DNA from: the human T2T-CHM13v2.0 reference genome, Homo sapiens
Reading direction: 5' to 3' (one strand)
Assembly (NCBI RefSeq): GCF_009914755.1
Contig: NC_060931.1
Length of the DNA: 64,000 nucleotides
Shown here: positions 12,800 through 26,849 of the stretch, one piece after another
How the letters are laid out: each line of letters opens with the position of its first letter
Position numbering within the stretch: the stretch's first letter is position 1
The notes under the pieces: model-generated
What the model was told of the DNA's origin: nothing
The model's input: only the letters and a program-made list of their open reading frames with translations
Databases searched by the model: none
Position numbers and translations under genes: made by a program

Positions 12800-15175
12800 G
12801 GGTTATATGTTTCTGTTGATGAGCTTATTGTGAAGTCTTCACCTCCAGCAGTAGACTTCCTTTAACTTTGAACATACCTCCTTTCTCCTTGCACTTTAAA
12901 CTTTATATTCCATGTTTCTTTTATAAGCAGTATATAGATTTTGTACTGTATTTTGAATTACTTTTTCTATAATTGGAGAAAATAATCTATTCATTTGGAA
13001 GGTAATTATTTATTTGTGGTTTCACCTATTTATTCTGTACTATTTCTTTTTCTCTCCTTTCTTTTCTTCTACTGGATTGGTCAAATATTTTATAAATATT
13101 TCAGTATTTTCCACCCCACTTACTTAAAGGCATTATCTTTATTTATATGCCCAATTAATGGTTACCATAAAAATTATAATATAATTTACTTACTTACCTT
13201 GTCAAAGTCTAAGTTCAACAATGTCTTTATTCTTCTCCCTGCAAATATGGAGACCTTAGATTATTTTCCTCCATTTAATTCAATACAACTTCTATATTAT
13301 TCATTTTGTTATTTTTATTACATTGTTTAAGAACCACAAAAAATTAATATGATTATTATTGACCACATTATTTGTTCTCCATTCATTCTTTTTCTCACAT
13401 CTTCCAATGGAATCATTTTATTTCAGCTTGAAATATATCCTTTTCAATTTTATTTCTTTATTTGCTTATTTATTGACACAGGGTCTCACTCTGTCACCCA
13501 AGCTTGAGGACAGAGATGCAATCATGGCTCACTGCAGCCTCAACCTACTAGGATCAAGAGATCCTCCCACCTCAGCCTCCTGACACTACAGGTGCGTGCC
13601 ACCATGCCTGGCTAATTTTTGTAGAGACATGGTCTTACCATGTTGCCCAGGCTGATCTCAAATTCCTGAGTTCAAGTGATCTGCCTCACTCAGCATCTCA
13701 AAGTACTCGAATTAGAGGCTTGAGCCACTATGCCCAACCCTTTTCAAGTTCCTTTAATGAGGCTCTGCTGATAATTAACTCTCTCAATTTTTTAAATTTT
13801 TGTATTTGTTATTTTTACATAAAAATATTTCTTAGCTCATTCTGGAAATCTATTTTGACTTGGTGTAGAATTCTAAGTTATAATCTTTCAAAACATTTCA
13901 AATATTCCTTTGAATTTTGACTTCCATTTTTGCTGCTGAGCAAATTTAATAGCTGCCCTCTTTTTACTCTGCTTTGAATTTGTTTCTATCTTCTTTGTTC
14001 TGTGAAATTTCAGCCTCTAGATGTAGATTTTATTTTATTTTTATGCTTGTTGTTTGTTGTGATATGGAGTCTGCAAATTGGTGTCATCACTTCTGGAAGA
14101 TTTTCAACCATTGTCTTTTCAAAGCCCCAGCGAAAATGGGATTATTTTCTGAGACTGATTAATTATACTGTATACCTTCTCACTTGATATTCTATCTTTT
14201 ACCCTCTTCTCTATAATTTCTAACATTTTTTCATCAGTGCCGTATATTAGTTTATTTTTGTTTTTGATGCATCTATAAGTTTCTAATTATCTCTTCAGCT
14301 GTGCCTAATTTGCTATTTAAAATGTTCCTTGAATTATTTAATTTTTTTTTAATTTCTGAAAGTTTCATCTGGTAAAAATCTGTAAACTTACATATCTGCT
14401 ATGTTAATATTTTAAGTTGCATATATTACTTGCATGTATTTTCAAAATTATCTTTCACTTATTTAAACATATAAGCATAGTTGTTTTTTTCCTCCAATAT
14501 AATAGCCTGTATCTGAATCTGAAAATTCTAATTTACAGGAATCTTTGTGGGTCTCTTTTCACTGATGGTGCAGTATATCTTTATGTGCTTTGTTAATTTT
14601 GACTATTTGATGTTTATTCTTTAAGAAATAAAATCATTTTGATAATTTAAAGTACAGATAAATGTACTATAATATTTTCAAAAAGAAAGCACAATTGCTT
14701 CTGCTAGGTGCCTTGGTGCACCTCTAGTCTAGATTCACCTTAAAGCAAATGTGGAGCTGAGATTCTCAGACTGCCCAGACAATGTGAAACCATGCGGCAA
14801 GCCCACGCAGGGCTGGTAAGCTTTTGGTTCACTCTTATCCTGAGGGTGCAGCCCTTTGCTGTCCTGGATGTTATTGGAAGTAGTTCTCCTCTAAGCCTTT
14901 TTACTTGTATGTCCTCTGAGCTTTAATTTATTCCCTTTTGACTCATAAGGCATCAAAGTAAAAGTACAAATTTGCTAAAATAGGGAAGCATCTGTAATGC
15001 AACAGAAAATTCATGCTCTGCTTACCTTTCTAGGTTCTTGTTTTGCCTTTATTTGGCCTAATAACTTCATACTATTTTGTCAGTAATCCACAGCTTTTGA
15101 GAAAGATTGTATCCTGCAAGTTTAGTCATAGATTGTGAGTGTGAATAACTTAGTTTGCCTTTACTAAAAACAAAA
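12800..15175 (-). mobile_element. Ancient L1ME/HAL1-type 5' and ORF1 region
   Basis: T-rich antisense ORF1-like text (ttctggaagattttcaaccattgtcttttcaaa; ctcttcagctgtgcctaatttgctattt). Confidence 0.55.
13448..13739 (-). mobile_element. AluJ
   Basis: gggtctcactctgtcaccca...atcatggctcactgcagcctcaacc. TSD ccttttcaa. Confidence 0.9.
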
Positions 15176-15624
15176 TCGTCTTCTAAAGTCATTCCCTACA
15201 GTCCACAATGAGCCCACAGCTAGAAACAGATCATTTTTCCTTCTGAAAGCAGAACAAAAGAAAATGAAATATGTGATCTCCTGAGTGTCTTGTACAGCTG
15301 AATTTCACATGCCTTGTCTTTTTATCTTTCACAAGGACTATCAAAGTGTCTCACACAGTAGATGCTCATGTTTACAATATGAGTAAATACAATTTACCAT
15401 ATTCATGTGGCTACATTTACCCACAGGAATTTTTATAAATACCTACAACTATGTAATTTGAGCTTAACATTAGATACTAATTTCCCTGGAATAGCAATGG
15501 TAGGAGGGGGAATCCCTGGGAGCTTAATTTAGACATATGACTAGAAAAGAGAAGTCAACTCAGAGCCACAAAACTGAACTTCAATTCTGACAAAGGGGAG
15601 GGGAAATTGCATTTTTAGGTTTGG

Positions 15625-15850
15625 TGAGACAGTGAGAACCTGAACTCTCAAATTGGACAGATCTGGATTTGAATCTCAGCTCTGCCACTTTCCAGCTACC
15701 TGACCTTAGGCAAGTTATTTAATCTCTTATAAGGGAACGATAGTAATATATTTTTCACTAGGTGGGACTCAAAGTCAAATGGGGTAATAAAGGTAATTTT
15801 AAATGCACAATGACTGACTCATAGAAGGTGATCAATAAATATTGAGACTA
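15625..15850 (+). mobile_element. MIR
   Basis: gacagatctggatttgaatctcagctctgccactt...tgaccttaggcaagttatttaatctct. Confidence 0.8.
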
Positions 15851-18321
15851 TCATTTCATTTTTCTGTCCTGAGAAATAATTACCATCTCACAACATAATT
15901 TGTCACCACTAATTAGGCATACAGAAGCAGAGTAACAAAAATCTTTTATATTAATTACCAATTCTGGTAGTTAGCCATTGGCTGCTTAGAACACAGTGCT
16001 GAGAAAGATTCTGAGGAAAGCATATAACGACTGATTATCAGCATCTTCCATGAAATCAGTGATAAGAACCAGGTGCATCAGTGCCTTTTATGTGCCATAA
16101 TTCACAAAGATTGTTAGAGGGATATAGGCAAACACTCCTATAATAGCACCTATACCTCTATAATACAGTATCCTTCAGTCAAGGCCAGGATTTACTTGTA
16201 AGTTTTTGCCCAGATCATAACTTTTTCATATATGTAGGCTGTAAACACAGACTTTTTATTCCTTATTCATCAAATTATCTGCTCAGAAAACTAAAATATT
16301 CTGTCTGTGTCAGAGAGTTCAGTATATCATCCCAATTTAATCAGATCAGCAGAAGTGAACACTATCTAGCCTGGCCACTTAGCTATGTTTTCAATGACCT
16401 TTTCTCTGCTTTCTTCTCCAGTTGAAATTCCCAACTTAATTTGTCATATTCCTTGACTTGCATTGTATGTTGCTTCTACAAATCTATTACATGACTATGC
16501 ATTTGACTATTTTTGTTTAATCATAGCCTTGATTAGGCCATGATATTATGAGGTCACCAAAAAGCCATCTCAATTTGCAGAAGGTCATTTACCTCTTGTA
16601 TATGCCCAGAACCAGGCACAGAGCTGAGCACAGAATAGGCAATCAAAAGTTATTTGTTGCATTTATATGTGGGTAGATCAATAACTTAATTTCTATAGAA
16701 CAATATTCTTTTGTTTGCTCTTATTGTAATATATTGCTTTTATTTAATAAGCCACAAAATACTTCAAAATGAGACTGCATTTTTTGTATACATTTTACGC
16801 AGTAATGTAAGTAAGGCATAACTTTATTTGAATCACAATACAACCCACAATTCTATATTTTAGTAGAAAAGAAGCTGAAAGTTTCAAAATCTCAGAAGGG
16901 TCTACTTTTGTTTGAATCAATGCAAAGGCCATGAGAATGTGACATCTTGATGCATCTGGTCAGACATAAATGTCCTTATAATGATACTTTGGAAAGTTAC
17001 TTTTGAATTCCCACTTGGTTAGACTATGTAATGAGAGTGGCACCAAGGGTTGTGTAGTCTGTATCACATCCTCATTCCCCAGAGATGGATCTTCTTTTGA
17101 AGCACTTAAAAACTTAAAAATAGATTTTTATATAGAAGTCCCATTATCCCATCTCATATCTTTACCAAAAACTGGAAGTTGTTGAGATTGGAAATTTTGT
17201 ACGTCTTTTATTCTGATTTGTTATAGTAGTTTGAGAGTGGAAGTGCCTTTGCAGATGTTAGGGAAAACACTACCCACTCAATGGGTAAAAAAAACAAATC
17301 TCTCTTCCACTGGACAAGATACTTACTTCATTGAAACCAAGCATGATTCATTGCTATTTTCAGCAATAAAACACCAGTGAGGTAACTGGGCATAAAATAT
17401 TACTATTTTTTGCTTTTTTAATCATCATTTGAACCCATGTTCAAGGGGAAGGTAGAGGTAGGAATGAGGGAGGAAGGGAGAGACAGAAAAATGAATTAAG
17501 GGAGACACAAAAACTACTATGACTGTTCTTTTGAGCTGTGTTGTCTCTAAAGTTAAATACCTCAGTTTATTTCCTCTACAAATCAATCTTACGCCTCTGA
17601 AGTCTGGTGCATTCACTTGCCTTTTTGATTATTTCTTTAGAACCTAAACTCAAAGATAAGCACTTTTGGAGAACACAGCTAAACAAATCCATCCCTTGCA
17701 TTATGTCTCTTCAGCATTTACAACTCTTTCAGACAGAAAATACAGTCCACAGAGATCACCCTGCTGTGTTGCAGATGTTGCAAATGTCATTTCTACTGGA
17801 TATTTCCCTCTAGGAGTTATTTTGCTTTTCCATAGAGGAAAATGGTTCCCCAAATACCTTCTTTGGCCTAAGCAGTCTACGGGCATTTTAAATCAAAGGC
17901 ACTGTCTGTGCTGAAGGGAGCAATAGTGGCTCCCACTTGTTAAGGGAAAAGGAAGATTCATAAGCAGTTCTAACAAATGCAAGGTCCAACTAGAAGCCTT
18001 GGGCTAGAATGACTTTTGCTTGCTGTTGTGTCAGCCAAAGGCTGTGTTGCTTCAGTGAGCTCTATTTTTGGAATCATAGAGCTGATGCTACAAATCATCA
18101 TGAGGTTGTCTTACTAACTGTACTAAAATTTCCATTCCTTGTATCACTTAGGAGCTAGTCATTGCGGTTAAAACATAGCAAGAATGCTTGTTTGACAAAG
18201 AGCAACATAACTATAATTATTAACAATGAAATGATTTTGCAACCAAAACAACAGTTTGAATAATGTTGGGAAACCTAGTGATTTTTTAAAGTTGTTTTTG
18301 TTTTGTTTTTCGAATCATAAT

Positions 18322-18530
18322 TAGGGCACAAACCAGAGTTTAGTTCCCAGCTCCCTGACGTAGTAATAAAATTTTAGGAGTCCCCTGTTTAACATTCCTG
18401 GGCTTCAGTGTCTTCGTGTTAAAATGGAAATTGTATAACATTTCAAGAGGTTGCTGCAAGATGTAAAAGAAGAGGCCATGTATGCAATGCATTTGCAGAA
18501 TATCTGACATACATAAAGCACTCAAAAACA
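18322..18530 (+). mobile_element. MIR
   Basis: cccagctcc...ggcttcagtgtcttc...aaaatgga...acataaagcactcaa. Confidence 0.7.
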
Positions 18531-19299
18531 CTTCCTCCTTTGTTGAAAAATCATGGCTCATATTCAAAAAGAGTCTCTTACTGGACAGGAGATTACTGAA
18601 GTCACTGATCATTTTTAATGGTGCTGTTTAATTTGTCTCTAGCATTTTTCTTCATTTCCCCATTGTGTGGTTCTGGTAGATTGAAATAACATGAGGCTTG
18701 GGCTACTGCTCTTATTGTGACATTTTGATACAGTTCTGACCAAATATTTGAATAGAAAGACCATGAAATATAATGTGCTAGTTTATCGATTTCAAGAAAG
18801 TTTCATTTTTTAAATTAACCACTGTGAAACACTAAACTAAACTAAACTAAACTTCCTAAACTAAAAGTTAGGAAGCCAATCTGATTCACTGTGTGTAGTG
18901 TTTTAGAATTTGTGCAAATCATTTCACAAAACCTTTCCTCATTTGATTTTCATAAAAACATTATAAGGGTACGCAGGCATTTTTCCACCTAAAGTTAGTA
19001 AACTAAGGATCCAAGTGATGAATTCACTTGCATAGGAACAAACACCAAGTTATAAGATTAGTAATTCAAGTCTCCTAAATTAAAAAAAAAAAAAAATGGA
19101 TGCTCTTTTGCAGCACACAAGCTGTCTTCCCACTTAGCTGGGTCATCTTGAGCAGATCACATAACCTTTCTGTATTTCAAGGAGGAAAATTATGCCTGGC
19201 TAAATACTTTACTAAAGTATTAAGAGGATCAATGAAGACAATATATATGAAAGAGTTTGAAAGGCTTAGAATTATAATTATCATTATTATTCAGGAAAT

Positions 19300-20588
19300 A
19301 ATTGACGACATAGTTCCTCCCAGACAGTTTCTCCCCTACAATTATATGGGTCACCTGGTCATGTCTTCTGGTCAGGAAGGTTTGGGTGGAGTTGGCTTTA
19401 TTCCCATAACAAGGATCTCCACTGGGACAAATCTCCACTGGGACAACTAGGATGGCTGGGGCTCCTCTCTAGAATGTCTGTCATCAGCAAGGCCAGCAGT
19501 GTTGTTAATATGGTGGAGCAAATGTTCCCTGGAGCAAGAAAGTCCAAGCCCCAATGATGCAGGATTTTTCTCAGCCCCTTCACCAGACTCATAGCAGGGT
19601 TGCTGAGTCTACTCAGCCCACTGTGCTCAGCCCCTTGCAGGAAGGAGCACATGAGAGAGTGTGAGATCTGGCCAGCCACTCTGGGTACCGACACCCAAGC
19701 AAGCTTTGTGCAGGGCCCATGGCCAGACCAGGCGTGTCACCTTGAGGGGAGCACATCGGTGCCCAGGTGAGGGTGCCATGACCCTGAAGCCCAGAGGGAG
19801 TGTTATAGTGCTCCTTTAGTTCTGCCATCCACAAATGGCAGTGCATTAGCAGCTCAGTTGGCCCCTTGCCTCATTGTGTGGGGTGACTGCCCTCCGCTGG
19901 CAAGGGCAAAGGGCCAGTGAGACAGATTTTCTGGGTACCTGCACTTGGTGGGTCACAGGCTCTTGTCCAGAGTCCAAAAAGAATGAGGTCACGTGGACTA
20001 CTGAAGCATGGTGAAGGTAGAGAATGTTACTGAGTGATGAAAACATCTCTCAGCTGAGAGGAAAGTTGGAGAGGGGATGGGAAGGGCAGGTCATCTTCCC
20101 CTAAGTCAGGTTGTCTCTTGCCTGAAGTCAAGTCATCTCCTCCTCTACTGACTGAGTCTGGGGTCTTTATAGGAACAGGATGGGGAGTGCGTGCTGATTG
20201 GTTTGTGAGTATACAAAAACAGTTTAAAGAGAAGACACCACTCAAACATGGGCATAACAGTGTAGAAAACCAATTAGAAAAGGGTAGGTATACGTAAAAT
20301 AGGTGAAGGGTGGGGACTAATCAGAGAAAAGTGGGCCAAACAGGAAGACAAGTTCTCATCCAGTCCGAGGATTTAACTTGTAGCTTGGCTTTCAGGCTTT
20401 AAACTGTCTTCATCTTAGAGGCGGGGTTTCACCAGGTACCTGTCCCATCTGCCTAGGCATTTGGCTGCCTCCTGTCACTGTCATCAAGTCACAAGCACTT
20501 CCCAAGCTTCTGCTTGTATTACTTTACCAAACTGGCCAAAGTTAGTCACATGGCCAAGTTCAGAACCAAGTAAAAGAGGAGACTACAC
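19300..20588 (-). mobile_element. Old MLT1 LTR split by an ERV1 LTR
   Basis: caagccccaa | gtcacaagcacttcccaagcttctgct...ggccaaagttagtcacatggccaag joins across the insert. Confidence 0.65.
19555..20483 (-). mobile_element. LTR27/LTR28/MER52-group ERV1 solo LTR
   Basis: Minus strand starts tgacagtgacaggaggcagccaaatgcctaggcag and ends aaaaatcctgcatca. TG...CA termini, 4-bp TSD ccaa/tcaa. Confidence 0.85.
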
Positions 20589-21054
20589 TAAGGGATTGGG
20601 ATACCCAGTTTGACATAAGGTTTTTGACTTTGCTTGTGATGTTTTTCCATAAAAAATTTTATGTTTAATACAGCATAATGTATCAATCTTTTTATTTATT
20701 GCATATAGAGCTTGATTCCAAAGTTTCCATCTCTCCTCATAACCATTAAAAAATAATTCATCCCTTTTATTTCTATTGTTCATATGTCTTGCTTGCTCTT
20801 TCTTTCTTTCTTCTTTTCTCTCTATTTAATTTGAAGTCTGTTGTGGTATATGTTGAGATCTAGACCCACTTTTATTATTTTCCCAAATGTCAGTTAAGTT
20901 TTTCCAATATAATTTATTTTTTAAAAAACTGTATTTTCCCCAGAGCTTTCAGGTATGAACATCATCGTATACTTAATTTTAGATGTAACTGAATCTATTT
21001 CTCAACTTTCAATTATCTTCTAATAATTTGTCCATCAACCACTAAGTCAATATA

Positions 21055-21134
21055 TTAGATTGATGCAAAAGTAATTGTGGCTTTTGTCATTAAAAGTTTT
21101 GCACATAGAAGTTTGCATTTCTGTACCAACCTAA
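21055..21134. mobile_element. MADE1, 80 bp
   Basis: ttagattgatgcaaaagtaattg...gtaccaacctaa with TA flanks. Confidence 0.85.
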
Positions 21135-21706
21135 TATTAATGAGCCAATATTTTAGTAATAAAGGCCTTATAATATATTGAATATCTCTCAGGACTAGAT
21201 ATTAAAGACCCTTATTGCTGTCCTTTCTCATGGTTTCTATCACTGCAATCTTGTTCTCATGATTTTCTTAACTATTCTTCCATGCTAATTTTTCCATGTA
21301 TACTTTAGAATCAATATGAATAGCTCCAGAAAATAAATTGTTACTATTTGACACTTTTATGATGTTGACACATCATATTCAAGAACAAAGAATGATGTCT
21401 TTCCATTAGTTCAAATCTACTCTTGTGTCTTTCAGATGTGTTTTAAGGATTTCTTCATATAGATTTTGCAAATCTCTTAAGGGTCTCTCTAATTTATATT
21501 TTTATTGCTATGGCAAATTATGATTTCTATCATATTATTCAACGAATTTTTGTATGTTAATTTCATATTACGTTAGCTTAATAGACTCTTCCATTATTTT
21601 TGTTAGGTTTAATGCATATTATGTTAGATTTTTCAGGTATAGTATCATATCATTTGCAAAAAGAGGTAGTTTTCTTGTTTTGATAAAAAAGATAATTTTC
21701 TTTTTT

Positions 21707-22180
21707 TGTAGTAGAGAGAATATTCCCCACCCCCATAAAATATTCACATCCTAATTTCCACAGTCTATGTATGTTATCTTACATGGGAAAAGGAATTTTG
21801 CAGTTGTGATTAAGTTAGTGATCTTGAGATGGGAAGATTACCCTGGATTATATTGGTGAATCTAGTGTAATCACAAGGGTTCTTAAAGGAGAGAAAGGCA
21901 GCAGGGTCAGAGTCAGAGAGGAAATGTAACAACGGAAACAGAGGTTGAGGTGATACACTTTGAAGATTAAGGAAAGGACCGCAAACCAGAGAATATTGGC
22001 AGCCTTTAGAAGCTAAAAATGACAGGGAAATCAATATTCCTTTCGAGCCTCCAACAACTTGATTTTAGCCTAGTGTGACCTGTCAGATTTCTGATATTGA
22101 AACATGAGTTAATAAATAGGTGTTGTTTTAAGCCACAGAATTTGTAGTACTTTGTTACAGCAGCAATAAGAAACAAATTC
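21707..22180 (+). mobile_element. MLT1D solo LTR
   Basis: tgtagtag...gtgattaagttagtgatcttgagatgggaagatta...tttgttacagcagcaataagaaac. Confidence 0.88.
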
Positions 22181-23386
22181 CCTTCTTCTTTTCCAATTCC
22201 TACGTATCTAACTTCTTTCATTTGTATAATCACATTGGATAATACCTCTAATAAACTGTTATGAAGATACTGGAAATCTTACCTTGTTCCTGAACTACTT
22301 AGGGGAGATGCCTCTTTTCCATATATCAGCCATGGAGTAAGCAATGTAATATTTTATATGTATATTTTTAAAATTAGTATTTATTATTAGGGTCATTATA
22401 TTTTTAGAATCAAAGTGACTAATTCCAGAAAGAAAATTTATCTACTGACGCCCTTATGATGTTGAATTATCTCAACACGGCGTAAGCGCTTGCCCTACAG
22501 GAACAGCCTATATTGAATAATGCCTGGCTGACCTAGTCTGTTTCCCTTGGGGAGTTTGAATTCAAAATGCAAGGAAAGTCTACACACAATGAAAGAGACA
22601 AAGAGTAAAGAAATTCATACAATAGATGTTAAAAGCACAGGCCATGAAGTGTTAGGTGCTGTACACAAGGGAAGGTCTTGAAGAGACTGAGATTATGCAA
22701 GGAGTAAAGATGTCCTCTGCTCACCTCTTCATAACATTCACTGATGTGCCTTGAAAATGTAATAATTCATTATCCTAAGTGTTCTAATCATTTCTGGATC
22801 TGCTACCTGGAATTTGAACAGTGGATAATTATTATGCCAACAAATGAATGTGTCATATAAAATAGCATTCACATAACTAAAATTTATTTTAAAAATTTTA
22901 AAAATTATGCAAGGAAGAATGAGGTTGAAGGGATCGCCAGATGAGGTATTTCTAAGCATGGAGATCTCTAAATGTATCTGCTATCTTCTCCATACCCAAA
23001 AGAGAGAAATATGATCTTCGACCATAGAGGAAGAGTCTACATTGCTCTAGATTTAAGCAAAATGTTGCATAATTTGCATTTCAAAACAGATGGTAGAAGG
23101 GCTGTTGGGGTATGATTGAACATGAGTCCCATTTTGAAGCAAAATGGCAGAATACCAGTGGTTAATGATTCATCCAAAATCTGGGAAAGCTCTATTTTCC
23201 TTTCCTTCTCTTTTCTCAGTCTGCTTCTTTGAATTATGCATTTACTGCATTTCTCACACTCTCACATCTCGCTTCTAAACAGTTCAAAGTGGCATAAACC
23301 AAGACATATTCTTAATGTTTTTGTTGTTATGTAGAGTATAAAGTAAAAATAAGTACATGCTTAAAGACATTTACAATTCTGGCAGG

Positions 23387-23699
23387 TTTTTTGTTTGTTT
23401 GTTTGTTCATTTGTTTTTTGATATGGTGTCTCGGTCTGTTGCCTAGGCTTGAGTGCAGTGGTGCAATCTCGGCTCAAGGCAGCCTCTGCTTCCCGGGCTC
23501 AAGCAATTCTCCCACCTCAGCCTCCTGAGTAGCTGGGATTACAGGTGCACCATCATGCCCGGCTAATTTTCATATTTTTAGTAGAGACAGGGTTTCACCA
23601 TGTTGGCCAAGCTGGTCCTGAACTCCTGACCTCAGGTGATCCACCCTCCTCGGCCTCCCAAAGTGCTGGGATTACAGACGTGAGCCACTGCACCTGGCC
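23387..23699 (-). mobile_element. AluS
   Basis: Full dimer with (tttg)n tail. TSD core tctggcag on both sides. Confidence 0.93.
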
Positions 23700-23765
23700 T
23701 AAGTCTGGCAGTTTTTGAGGTTGTGTTTAGAAGGAGTGAGGGTGAGCAGTGGCTATACAGGAATG

Positions 23766-24150
23766 GGTTACCCATCTTTATGGTTATTTCATGATGATCT
23801 GCTAAACAAGGGGTGGATCATTCATGCCTCCCCTGTTTAGACCATATAGGGTAACTTCCTGACGTTGCCATGGCATTTTTAAACTGTCATGGCACTGGTA
23901 GGAGTGTAGCAGTGGGGACGACCAGGGGTCACTCTCGTCACCATTTTGGTTTTGGTGGGTTTTGGCCAGCTCCTTTATTGCAACCGGTTTTATCAGCAAG
24001 GTCTTTATGATCTGTATTTTGTGCTGACCTCCTATCTCATCCGGTGACTTAGAATGCCAACACTGTCTGGGAATGCAGCCCAGTAGGTTTCAGCCTCATT
24101 TTACCCAGCTCCTATTCAGGATGGGGTTTCTGGTTCACACACCTCTGACA
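23766..24150 (-). mobile_element. MER41A-like LTR (ERV1), 3'-truncated
   Basis: Minus strand tgtcagaggtgtgtgaaccag...gccatggcaacgtcaggaagttaccctatatgg; similarity stops after aaagatgggtaacc. Confidence 0.88.
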
Positions 24151-26849
24151 GTGGGAAGGCACCTACCATTATCCTCAGGTAGCACCCACCGTAAAATGTC
24201 TCTATTAAGCTGATTCTCTGTCTTGTATTAGGAGTGCTATACTGGAAATGCCACATAATATCCCTTAATTGTAGTTTTCTTATCTGGGCAATATTAACAT
24301 TGTTAATTAGGTTATATTATGTCATGTTTTCTAAACTGAATATTTACAGAATTATAATAATATTAATTTATGTGTATATATACACATTTATATGTACTAA
24401 CATATATTATTTAAAAATTTTATAATGCATATATAACCATTTATATCATGTATGTTATTTAAATACATATAATATTATTTAAACACATAGAATATAATAT
24501 GTCAGGCACTTTTGAAATGTCTTAAAATATAACTCATTTATTATGAATTAATTTAGGATTTTTCCAAATATGAGTCACTGAAAAATGTAACTAAACACAC
24601 TGTCATTTTATACACATTTAACCTTCCAAGGGAGCATCTTGTGTGCTGTATTGGGTGTGTTGGTCATTGAAGGAGGCAATGGTAATGGTATACAGCATCT
24701 TTCATGCAGTTTCCTCACATAGCCTTCCCCCAACACCTGAGGCAGGCTAAGAGATTGGGATCAAACATATTCCAAAACTAATTATTTTGAAAAGCAGTCA
24801 GCAGCTTTCATTTAGACTTGCATTAATTCTGTTTCTCTAGTTATGCATGCCAAGTTTCAAATTTTTAAAACGTTTTTCTTTTAGCTCCTAAAGTAGAAAA
24901 TTTAGGAAAGTGTGATTTATTTTATTTTTTATAACTCAAAAATATGTACATCCACCTGTCTAAGACGCAACATAACAATTGATCTCAAATTAAGCTTAGG
25001 CAGTTTGATTCCTAAAGGGATCTTAGGGGAAAGGAAATAATCACAAGGAAATGGAGATCACAGATGGTCAGAAAATAGAAATGAATATTTGTTCAACACA
25101 TTCCTTTTTGTAGCCTTACATCATTAAGAGGCTAATATCACTGAATTATTGAATTCATCTTACATTAATCATTATGAAGAAAGAGGAGAAGGAAAAGAAA
25201 AATCTCTTTTAGTAGCAAAAAATGTATAGAGAGATCCCAGAGAGCTTAAATTTCCATGGCGTTGGAAGGAGACAGAGCTGGTGAGAAGTCCCAAGTCATA
25301 CCCAAGAACAGAGTTTCTGAAGAGGAAACTCCAACTCAGGGTACATAATTCCAGGGAAGGTTCCTGCAACTTCAAAATAGTTACATGTATGGGAACTAAA
25401 TGCAGTGGCTCAAGAGGAGGCAGTTTAGTAATACTATGTAACAAAGAGAAAGTTAAGCACTCAAGAAATTTTACTGAAACTAGAGGATGCTGAGCTGCTA
25501 TTAGGCATCTTATAAGCAAAGAACAGTAAGACCGATAGGGAGCCCCAAACTGAAGGAAGTCAAGAACTAGGACCCCTTTGTCAAGTTTTGGTCCAATAAT
25601 CCTTCCTGCATAATCAAGCTATAATTTAGGATGTGGAAATTATCCCAGGAAACCCTGAATTATCATTATCGCTCTTGACATTAAAAACTGTTGCCTTTCT
25701 ATTTTGAAATAGACTTTCTTTTTGCTTGTTTAGATAAGTTTTAGCCTCATAGCAAGCATTCAATAAAAGCAGAAGGGTCTGGATTATGTGAGTTATTCAG
25801 AATGATTTTTAATAATTTATTTTTTTTAGTACTTTACTGAAATATGAGGGTAAATGTCCAAGAACCTTGATAAAAGATGAGTTTTTCAAGGTGTTTTATT
25901 AAAAGACTACAACAAATAGAAAAGTGCTGCCCTGTTATAGAAATCATTGTCTGAAGGTTTTCCAAAATAAGGAACTCCCCAAAATCTGTGCACTCGGCTG
26001 AATTAATGTGAATCAAATGGCAAAAAAAAACAGACAAGGAGAGGAAGAAAGGCTGAATAAGCACACAGTTTAATGTCCAGATGGCAGATCAATTTCCTGA
26101 GACCGTAAGGATAAAAAAAAGGAAATACCATTATTAATCTTATTCTGTGTGCCAGACACTCTATTAGGCTTTTTAATATGCTACAATTTAATAATTTATA
26201 AACAAATATTTCTTTTGAATGGCATATATTTGCTTTTTAGAGTAGGATTTATTTTTTAGAACAGGTTTAGATTTAAAGAAAACTTCAGATAGCACAGTTT
26301 CCATATATCCTGCACCCAGCCCAATGGGCTTATACTGAAAAACAGCAGTTTCCTTTCTCAACTTCTCTTCAAATTCCTCTTTGCAGAGGCAGCAAATATG
26401 TAACAATCTTAGCTATTTTTTGTACTACCTTATTATTTTCAAATTCATACCTATATATTGTGTTTTAATTTTCTATTTTTAAATTTTTTTTTTGTCTAGG
26501 ATGGAATATATGGATTTTTCTATATTATCATCCCCTTTAGAAAATATTTAGCTCTGATACACTTTCCCTGGCAGCATCCGCCAAATACACACATTTGTAA
26601 ATCTCAACATTCAAGTTTACTTTTATTATTGTAACTCTGCAATGTTCATGGGTGAACCATGTGCTAGACAATGATTCAATTTAATTCTTTAAAAGCTTTT
26701 TTGGTGAGGTTAAGAAATAACTGCTTTTGTTTTGTCTTTTAGAGGGAAAAAGTATCTATTTTTTTCAGATTAAAAAAGATATTTCAGATTATTTTCAGAT
26801 TAAATATTTAATTTAAATATTAAATATATTTTCAGATTAAAAAAGGCTA

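Larger units (their letters stand above)
20600..22325 (-). mobile_element. Old L1M ORF2 fragment with nested MADE1 and MLT1D
   Basis: Antisense ORF2-like text (tactttagaatca; ttccattagttcaaatct; ttttcaggtatagtatcatatcatttgcaaa). Confidence 0.65.

Noticed and set aside
24300-24500. AT-rich quasi-palindromic tract
   Set aside because: Low-complexity TA-rich sequence with no specific structure
25172-25519. 115-aa minus-strand ORF and purine-rich plus strand
   Set aside because: No domain similarity or convincing splice context; possibly an old LTR that I cannot name
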